Assembly: GCA_963846205.1 (NCBI GenBank)
Contig: CAWJVB010000011.1
Coordinates: 43,217 to 107,216 of the forward strand
DNA: 64,000 nucleotides
Source of the DNA: an uncultured Solirubrobacteraceae bacterium
Lineage (GTDB): Bacteria > Actinomycetota > Thermoleophilia > Solirubrobacterales > Solirubrobacteraceae
Reading direction: 5' to 3'
Shown here: piece after piece, positions 56,710-64,000 of the stretch
Position numbering within the stretch: position 1 is the stretch's first letter
Layout of the letters: each line of letters begins with the position of its first letter
Translations under genes and position numbers: made by a program
Notes under the pieces: generated by a model
Database searches by the model: none
What the model saw: the letters and a program-made list of their open reading frames with translations, nothing else
Told to the model about the DNA's origin: nothing

Positions 56710-59056
56710 ATGGCCGCAAACCCTCACGCCGACCACCTGCAGGAGCTGCTGGAAGGCCTCAACGAGCCCGCAGCGCGAGGCGGTCACGCATGGCGAGGGG
56801 CCGCTGCTGATCCTGGCCGGCGCGGGCAGCGGCAAGACGCGCGTGCTGACGCATCGGATCGCCTACCTGATCTACACCGACCAGGCGCAGCCCAACGAGA
56901 TCCTCGCGATCACGTTCACGAACAAGGCCGCCAACGAGATGAGCGGTCGCGTCGGAGCGCTGCTCGGGCGCGCCACGCGCGGCATGTGGCTGATGACCTT
57001 CCACTCGGCCTGCGCGCGCATCCTGCGCGCCGAGGCCGAGCGCCTCGGCTACACGCGCCAGTTCACGATCTACGACCAGGCCGACGCTCGCCGCCTGACC
57101 AAGCGCTGCGCCGACGCGGTCGGGGTCGACCCCAAGCGCTACACGCCGGCGGCGATCCACAATCAGATATCGGCGGCGAAGAACCGCCTGCGCGCGGCCT
57201 CGGACCTGCGCGAATCGGCCGACTCGCCGTTCGCGGAGATGCTCGCGGACGTGTACGAGCTGTACGAGCGCGACCTGCACCGCGTCAACGCGATGGACTT
57301 CGACGACCTGCTGTTCCGCACGGTCAACCTGCTGGAGCTGTTCGAGGAGGTGCGCGAGCGCTACGCGCAGGCCTTCCGCCACGTTCTCGTCGACGAGTAC
57401 CAGGACACCAACTACGCGCAGTACCGCATGCTGCAGCTGCTCGTCGGCGGCGGTCGACAGGAGCCCAAGCAGGGGCACCGCACGATCATCCCGGGGCACC
57501 GCAACCTCGCGGTAGTCGGCGACGATGCTCAGAGCATCTATTCGTTCCGTGGAGCCGAGGTGCGCAACATCCTCGACTTCCAAGACGACTTCCCCGACGC
57601 GCGCGTGGTCAAGCTCGAGCAGAACTATCGCTCGACGGAGACGATCCTGCGGGCGGCCAACGCGGTGATCGCCAACAACCGCGGCGGCATCGCCAAGCGC
57701 CTGTGGAGCGAGCTGGGGGAGGGCGACCAGATCCACCTGCGCGCGCTGGGAGACGAGCACGGCGAGGCGCGTTTCGTGGTGGGCGAGATCGAGCGGCTCG
57801 TCGACGAGGGCGCCTCGCGGGCGGAGATCGCGGTGCTGTACCGGACCAACGCGATGTCGCGCGTGATCGAGGACACGCTGGTGCGGCGCGAGATCTCCTA
57901 CCAGGTGATCGGCGGCACCAAGTTCTACGAGCGCGCGGAGGTCAAGGACGCGATCGCCTACCTGCAGTTCCTGGCCAACCCGTACGACGTCGTCAGCTTC
58001 GCGCGGATCGCCAACTCCCCACGGCGCGGCCTCGGCCAGACGTCGCTGGCGCGCGTGCTCGCCCACGCCGACTCGGCCGACATGTCCGTGTGGCAGGCGG
58101 CGTCGGAGCCCGATCTGGTGCCGGGCTTGGGCACGGCCGCGATCAAGGCGCTGACGCGCTTCATGGACACGATGGCCGAGCTGCGCGTGCTGGCGGGCAC
58201 GGCCGAGGACGACGGCACGGCGGTCGGCGAGGAGGAGCATGCGACGACGACGCGGGCGGTGCCGGTCGGCGACCTGATCGAGGCGATGCTCGCGCAGAGC
58301 GGCTACGTCGAGGCGCTCGAGGCCGAGCACACGATCGAGGCGCAGGGGCGGATCGAGAACCTCGAGCAGCTGATCGAGGTGGGGCGCGAGTTCGACGCGG
58401 GCGCCGAGCCCGAGCGCGACACGCTCGACGTGTTCCTGCAGGAGATAGCGCTCGTCGCCGACGCGGATTCGCGCTCGGACGACGAGGGCCTGGTGACGCT
58501 GATGACGGTGCACAACGCGAAGGGCACCGAGTATCCGTTCGTGTTCATCGCGGGCTGCGAGGAGGGCGTGTTCCCGCACTCGCGCGCGCTCGACGAGGGA
58601 GGTCTGGAGGAGGAGCGACGACTGTTCTACGTCGGCGTCACGCGCGCGATGCGCGAGCTGTACCTGTCCTATGCGATGCGCCGCGCGGTGTTCGGCGCGC
58701 AGACTCCTGGGCTGCGCAGCCGCTTCCTCGGCGAGATACCGGCGGAGCTGTACGACGAGGTCGAGCCGAGCGAGCGCCTGCGCCCCGGCGTGCTCGGCGG
58801 CGACGTCGCGCCGAGCGTTAGGCGTGGCGCGCGCACGTTCGCCGCGCAGGCTGCATCGGCGAGTGACTGGCAGGGCGCGAGCTCGCAGGCGCCCGCGACG
58901 AGCTCGTTTCGGCTCGGCGAGGACGTCGTGCACGCGGCATTCGGCGAGGGCGTGGTGACCGGCGTCGAGGCCGACGGGGTGATCGTGGTGCGCTTCGCGG
59001 GCGACGGCTCGGAGCGCAAGCTGATGGCCGAGTACGCGCCGGTCAGCCGCCGCTGA
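56710..59056 (+). CDS. pcrA: UvrD/PcrA DNA helicase, frameshift near 56770
   Basis: AGAGSGKT, TFTNKAA, VDEYQD, LEQNYRS, EERRLFYV, C-terminal Tudor-like domain. Confidence 0.96.
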
Positions 59057-59134
59057 GGCGCTCGTGCTCGGTGCGCACGCCGGCGCCCCGTGCGCCGCCT
59101 CCGGCCCGCCACGCCAGTGCGTAGCATCCGTACG

Positions 59135-60016
59135 GTGAGCGCGAGCATCATCGACGGCAAGGCGATCGCCGCGCGCGTGCGCGCGCAGGTGGCCGAGGAC
59201 GTCGCGGCGTTCGAGCTGCGGACCGGGCGTGTGCCCGGGTTGGCGACGGTGCTGGTCGGCGATGATCCGGCGTCGGCCGTGTACGTCGGCGGCAAGCAGC
59301 GCGCGTGCGCCGAGGTGGGGATGACGCCCTTCGATCGGCGCCTGCCCGAGCGCGCGTCGTTCGACCAGGTGGCCGAGGAGCTGGAAGTGCTGAACGCCGA
59401 CGACGCTGTCAGCGGCATCCTGCTGCAGCTGCCGGTGCCCGACCACCTCGACGGACCGGCGCTGACTGAGCTGATCGACCCGGACAAGGACGTCGACGGC
59501 CTCACGCCGATCAATGCTGGTCTGCTGTCGCTGGGCCGCGAGGGCCTGCGGCCGTGCACGCCTCTGGGTGTGATGGAGCTGCTCGCGCAGACCGGCGTCG
59601 AGCTGGAGGGCGCCGAAGCGGTGGTGGTGGGGCGCTCGAACCTGTTCGGCAAGCCGATGGCCCAGTTGCTGCTTGCGCAAAGCGCGACGGTCACCGTGTG
59701 CCATTCGCGAACGCGTGAGCTGGCGGCCGTGTGCGCCCGCGCCGACGTGTTGATCGCCGCCGTTGGGCGCGCGCGCCTGGTCGGCCGCGAGTACGTGAAG
59801 CCGGGCGCGGTCGTGATCGACGTGGGACTGAGTCGGTTGACGCCCGAGCAGGCCGGCAACAAGAGCGGCTTGGTCGGCGACGTCGATTTCGCGGCGGCCG
59901 TCGAGGTTGCCTCCGCGATCACGCCGGTGCCCGGCGGGGTCGGGCCGATGACGGTCGCGTTCCTATTGCGCAACACGCTGCTGGCGGCCGAGCGTCAGAT
60001 ACGGGTGCACGCATGA
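59135..60016 (+). CDS. folD: Methylene-THF dehydrogenase/cyclohydrolase
   Basis: IDGKAIA, KDVDG, PCTPLG, GRSNLFGKP, TPVPGGVGPMT. Confidence 0.97.
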   Translation: MSASIIDGKAIAARVRAQVAEDVAAFELRTGRVPGLATVLVGDDPASAVYVGGKQRACAEVGMTPFDRRLPERASFDQVAEELEVLNADDAVSGILLQLPVPDHLDGPALTELIDPDKDVDGLTPINAGLLSLGREGLRPCTPLGVMELLAQTGVELEGAEAVVVGRSNLFGKPMAQLLLAQSATVTVCHSRTRELAAVCARADVLIAAVGRARLVGREYVKPGAVVIDVGLSRLTPEQAGNKSGLVGDVDFAAAVEVASAITPVPGGVGPMTVAFLLRNTLLAAERQIRVHA

Positions 60017-60450
60017 GGCTCGGCAAGGTCCGCGGCGGAGAGCTGCTCGCGCTGGCGGGCGCGCTGCTCGTAGTCGTGTCGTTGCTGCTGCGCTGGTACG
60101 AAGGCCCGTCGGGAACGCTCGACGCCTGGGACACCTTCGGCCCGGCCGTCGCCCTGCTGTTGGCGGCCGCGGCTGGTGCGGTGTGGCTGTTCGCGAGCGC
60201 GCTCGCCGAGCGCAGCGCGGCGCTGCCGGTGGCCGCCGCGGTGTGGTGCGTTCCGCTCGGGATCGCCGCGACGATCTCGGCGATCGTGCGACTGCTCGAG
60301 CGCCCCGACGACGCCACGCGACTGTGCGGCGGAGGCTGGGTGGCGCTGGCGGGCGCGCTCGCGATTCTGGCTGGAGCGTGGCAGTCGCTGCGCGACGAAC
60401 ACGGGTCGCTGTACCCGCCGGTCAGCCCGCGGATGCGCCCGCGACCCTAG
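60013..60450 (+). CDS. Membrane protein
   Basis: ATGA overlap with folD; about 4 TM segments; SLLLRWY...DAWDTF. Confidence 0.75.
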   Translation: MRLGKVRGGELLALAGALLVVVSLLLRWYEGPSGTLDAWDTFGPAVALLLAAAAGAVWLFASALAERSAALPVAAAVWCVPLGIAATISAIVRLLERPDDATRLCGGGWVALAGALAILAGAWQSLRDEHGSLYPPVSPRMRPRP

Positions 60451-60452
60451 CG

Positions 60453-61021
60453 ATGGGCTTCGCGCTGAACCGGCTGACTCGCGCCGATCGCATCGTCGCT
60501 GCCGGTGCGCTGGCGCTGCTCGCGTTCATGTTTCTGCTCAACTGGTTCGGCGAGAGCGTCGAGGGCACGGTCCCCGGCCGAGACCTGAGCGGCTCCGGAA
60601 CCAGCGCCACCGGCTGGGAGGCGTTCACGAACAGCCGCTGGGTGTGGCTGCTGACGATCGTGGTGGCGCTCGCGTGCGTGCTCGCCGCCGCGGCGGGACG
60701 GCGACTGGAGCGACCGCTACGCGGGGGGAGCTGGTGCTGCTGCTCGGCGCCGTGTCGGCTCTGTTGATCCTGTTCCGGATCGTGCACCATCCCAGCGCCA
60801 ACGCGAGCTTCGGCGGCTTCCACGCCTCCGCCGGCATCCGCATCGGCATCTGGCTCGGTCTTGCGGCGGCGCTGACGATCGCAGGCGGCGGCTATCTGCA
60901 GACGCGGACACTGCAAACCGCCCCCGTCACCCCGGCGACCTCGCCCGCGACGGGCGGCGCGGCCTTCACAGGGCTCACGGTGCCGGACGAGCACGCTCGC
61001 GAGGATCCGCGCGCGCCCTAG
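60453..61021 (+). CDS. Membrane protein paralogous to the upstream gene, frameshift near 60720
   Basis: FMFLLNWF...TGWEAF...GIWLGLAAAL..GG. Confidence 0.7.
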
Positions 61022-61032
61022 AATCCACGGCC

Positions 61033-61317
61033 GTGATCGAGCGTGACGAGGTACTGCACGTGGCGCGCCTGGCGCGCCTGGCCCTCGGCGAGGAGGAGAT
61101 CGAGGCGATGGCGAGCGAGCTCTCGACGGTGCTGGACCACGTCGCCAAGATCGGCGAGCTGTCGCTCGAGGATGTGCCGCCGACCTACCACGTGGTCGAC
61201 CTGACGGGCTCGCTGCGGGCGGACGAGCCGCGCCCGTGCCTGCCGCGCGAGGTCGCGCTCGAACAGGCGCCCGACGGCGATGGCGAGGGCTTTCTCGTGC
61301 CCAGTCCGCAGGCATGA
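61033..61317 (+). CDS. gatC: Asp/Glu-tRNA amidotransferase subunit C
   Basis: VLHVARLARL, LRADE, FLVP. Confidence 0.95.
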   Translation: MIERDEVLHVARLARLALGEEEIEAMASELSTVLDHVAKIGELSLEDVPPTYHVVDLTGSLRADEPRPCLPREVALEQAPDGDGEGFLVPSPQA

Positions 61318-62900
61318 CGGCCGACCTCATCGAGCTGACGGCGACGCAGGCGATCGCGAAGATCGAGGCGGGCGAGGTGAGCGCGCAGGAGCTGGGGGCG
61401 CTGTACCGCGAGCGCGCGCGCGAGCATGGCCTGGCCGGCGACGGAGGCCTCAACTGCTTCACGTGGATCGCCGAGGACCCACCCCACGGCTCGACCGGTG
61501 CCGCCGACGCTTCCGGCGCGGTCGACGGCGGCGGCGCCTCGCGCAACGGCGCGGCCGCCCCGCTGGGTGGCGTCCCACTCGCGGTCAAGGATCTGTTCTG
61601 CACAAAGGGCGTCCCGAGCCAGTCGGGTTCGCGCATCCTCGAGGGGTACAGGCCGCCGTACACCGCGACGGCGGTCGAGCGCCTGGCAGCGGCCGGTGCG
61701 CCGCTGCTGGCGAAGACCAATCAGGACGAGTTCGCGATGGGCTCCTCGAACGAGAACTCGGCGTTCGGGCCGGTGCTCAACCCGTGGGACCGCGAGCGCG
61801 TGCCGGGAGGCTCGTCGGGGGGCAGCGCCGCGGCGGTCGCGGCCGGCCTGGCGCCGTGGGCGCTCGGCACCGACACGGGTGGCTCGATCCGCCAGCCGGC
61901 GGCGCTGTGCGGGATCGTCGGCCTGAAACCGACGTACGGGTCGGTGTCGCGCTACGGGATGATCGCGTTCGCGTCCTCGCTCGATCAGGCGGGGCCGCTG
62001 ACGCGCGACGTGACCGACGCTGCGCTGCTGCTGAAGCACATGGTTGGGCGCGACGGGTGCGACGCCACCTCGCTGCGCTTCCCCGAGCCGATCGCTCGCC
62101 CGCGCGCGGAGCGCCTGGACGGCTTGCGCGTGGGGGTGCCGGTCGAGCTGCAGGAACCGGGCGAGGACTTCGCGGGTGCGCAGCCCGAGCCGGGCGTGCG
62201 CGCAGCGTTCGCGCGCGCGCTGGAGCTCGCCGAGCAGCTGGGGGCGAGCGTCGAGCAGGTGCGCCTACCGCACGCTGCGCACGCGCTGTCGGCGTACTAC
62301 CTGATCTCCTCCTCGGAGGCGAGCTCCAACCTCGCGCGCTTCGACGGCGTTCGCTACGGCCTGCGCGCGCCCGACGCGACGGACCTGCTCGACATGTATA
62401 CGCGTACCCGTCACGACGGCTTCGGGGCGGAGGTCAAGCGGCGCATCATGCTGGGCACGTACGCGCTGTCGGCGGGCTACTACGACGCCTACTACGGGCG
62501 CGCGCAGCGGGTGCGCACGAAGATCGCCGGGGACTTCAGGGCGGCCTTCGAGAGCGTCGACGTGATCGCCACGCCGACGTCGGCGAACGTGGCGTTCGGG
62601 CTCGGCGAGAAGACGGCGAACCCGTGGACGATGTACCTGAGCGACTACTTCACGGTGCCGATGTCGCTGGCGGGCATCCCCGCGATCTCGATCCCCTGCG
62701 GCCTGGCGGGCGCCGAAGCCGGCACTGGTGCCAGCACCGGCCCGGACGACCCCGGCTCGGGCGACCGCGGCCCCGGCGGCGGCCGGTTGCCGGTGGGGCT
62801 GCAGCTGGCTGGAGCGGCGTTCAGCGAGAACCGGCTGCTGGACGTTGCCTACGCGCTCGAGCGGGCGCTCGGCTTCGACGCGAGCGTGGCGCGTGTCTGA
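61314..62900 (+). CDS. gatA: Asp/Glu-tRNA amidotransferase subunit A
   Basis: KTNQDEFAMGSS, PGGSSGGS, GTDTGGSIRQPA, EVKRRIMLG. Confidence 0.97.
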   Translation: MTADLIELTATQAIAKIEAGEVSAQELGALYRERAREHGLAGDGGLNCFTWIAEDPPHGSTGAADASGAVDGGGASRNGAAAPLGGVPLAVKDLFCTKGVPSQSGSRILEGYRPPYTATAVERLAAAGAPLLAKTNQDEFAMGSSNENSAFGPVLNPWDRERVPGGSSGGSAAAVAAGLAPWALGTDTGGSIRQPAALCGIVGLKPTYGSVSRYGMIAFASSLDQAGPLTRDVTDAALLLKHMVGRDGCDATSLRFPEPIARPRAERLDGLRVGVPVELQEPGEDFAGAQPEPGVRAAFARALELAEQLGASVEQVRLPHAAHALSAYYLISSSEASSNLARFDGVRYGLRAPDATDLLDMYTRTRHDGFGAEVKRRIMLGTYALSAGYYDAYYGRAQRVRTKIAGDFRAAFESVDVIATPTSANVAFGLGEKTANPWTMYLSDYFTVPMSLAGIPAISIPCGLAGAEAGTGASTGPDDPGSGDRGPGGGRLPVGLQLAGAAFSENRLLDVAYALERALGFDASVARV

Positions 62901-64000
62901 GCGCGTTCAGGCGGGACCAAGCGAGGCCGCGGGCGGCGCGCCGCTGGAGCCGGTGATCGGCCTGGAGATACACGTGCAGCTGGCGACCGCCACGAAGATG
63001 TTCTGCGGCTGCGCGCTGTCGTTCGGCGAGCCGCCGAACACTCACACGTGTCCGGTCTGCCTGGGCCTGCCGGGCAGCTTGCCGGTGGCCAACGCGCGGG
63101 CGGTGCATTTCGGGCTGATGATCGGGCTGGCGCTCGGCTCGGAGCTGGCTCCGCGCTCGATCTTCCACCGCAAGAACTACTTCTATCCGGATCTGCCCAA
63201 GGGGTACCAGATCTCCCAGTACGACGAGCCGCTGTGCCGCGGGGGAGGGCTCGGCGAGGTGCGCATCCACCGCGTGCACCTCGAGGAGGACGCGGCCAAG
63301 CTGATTCATGTGGGCGAGAGCGGGCGCATTCACGGCTCGGACACCAGCGTGGTCGACTTCAATCGCGGCGGCACGCCGCTGGCGGAGATCGTCACCGAGC
63401 CGGATCTGCGCTCGCCCGAGCAGGCGAGCGAGTGGCTGAAGCTGCTGCGCGCGACGATGCGCCAGCTCGGGGTCAGCGACGTGAACATGGAGGAGGGCTC
63501 GCTGCGCTGCGACGCCAACATCTCGCTGCGCGCGGCCGGCAGCGATGCGCTGGGCGTCAAGACGGAGCTGAAGAACATGAACTCGTTTCGCTTCATCGAA
63601 CGCGGCATCAAGGCGGAGATCGAGCGCCAGGAAAAAATCATCGCGGCCGGCGAGACGGTCGTGCAGGAGACGCTCCACTTCGACCCGGCCTCGGGCGCGA
63701 TCACGTCGCTGCGCTCGAAGGAGGAGGCGCACGACTACCGTTACTTCCCCGAGCCCGACCTGCTGCCGGTCGCGATCGACGAGGCGATGATCGTTGAGGC
63801 GCGCGACGCGATGCCCGAGCTGCCGGCGCAGCGCGCCGAGCGGTACGAGCGTGACCTCGAGCTCAACGCCGATAGCGCCCGGCGCCTGGCGTTCGACAGT
63901 GAGCTCGCCGATTTCTTCGACGAGGCGCAGGCCGCGCGCCCCGACCCTGCCCCGCCGGTGCAGGTCCTGGCCAATTGGGTTCTCGGCGACCTCGCCTCAC
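62893..64000 (+). CDS. gatB: Asp/Glu-tRNA amidotransferase subunit B (partial; frameshift near 62945)
   Basis: EPVIGLEIHVQL, RKNYFYPDLPKGYQISQ, HLEEDA, DFNRGG, EGSLRCD, DYRYFPEPDL. Confidence 0.97.
   Translation, partial: MSERVQAGPSEAAGGAPLEPVIGLEIHVQLATATKMFCGCALSFGEPPNTHTCPVCLGLPGSLPVANARAVHFGLMIGLALGSELAPRSIFHRKNYFYPDLPKGYQISQYDEPLCRGGGLGEVRIHRVHLEEDAAKLIHVGESGRIHGSDTSVVDFNRGGTPLAEIVTEPDLRSPEQASEWLKLLRATMRQLGVSDVNMEEGSLRCDANISLRAAGSDALGVKTELKNMNSFRFIERGIKAEIERQEKIIAAGETVVQETLHFDPASGAITSLRSKEEAHDYRYFPEPDLLPVAIDEAMIVEARDAMPELPAQRAERYERDLELNADSARRLAFDSELADFFDEAQAARPDPAPPVQVLANWVLGDLAS

Overview
Very GC-rich bacterial chromosomal window, most consistent with a Solirubrobacteraceae/Thermoleophilia-type actinobacterium (inferred from gene order and gene families). 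It has a housekeeping backbone: thrS-infC-rpmI-rplT-trmH-pheST-argCJBD-GNAT-argG, dnaE, nfo, gltX, HDOD-LuxR, rrf2, cysK-cysE, pcrA, folD and gatCAB. Three accessory tracts (about 1-6.1 kb, 40.7-42.1 kb and 45.4-54.8 kb) consist of small secreted proteins, gene fragments, NTF2/SnoaL-like genes and an integrase remnant. Essential genes at about 19.7-39 kb carry many single-base frameshifts, best explained as long-read consensus errors, so several gene ends are approximate. No rRNA, tRNA or CRISPR array was seen. Best leads: (i) an NTF2/SnoaL gene family with a stereotyped stop-start junction, shared promoter motif and repeated module structure, suggesting cassette-like shuffling; (ii) an unrecognised multi-hairpin 5' leader RNA behind a near-consensus promoter at 16.1-16.3 kb; (iii) an HD-GYP protein whose metal-binding residues are replaced by cysteines; (iv) an effector-less IclR-type HTH gene with overlapping palindromes; (v) paired sulfotransferase/sulfatase loci.
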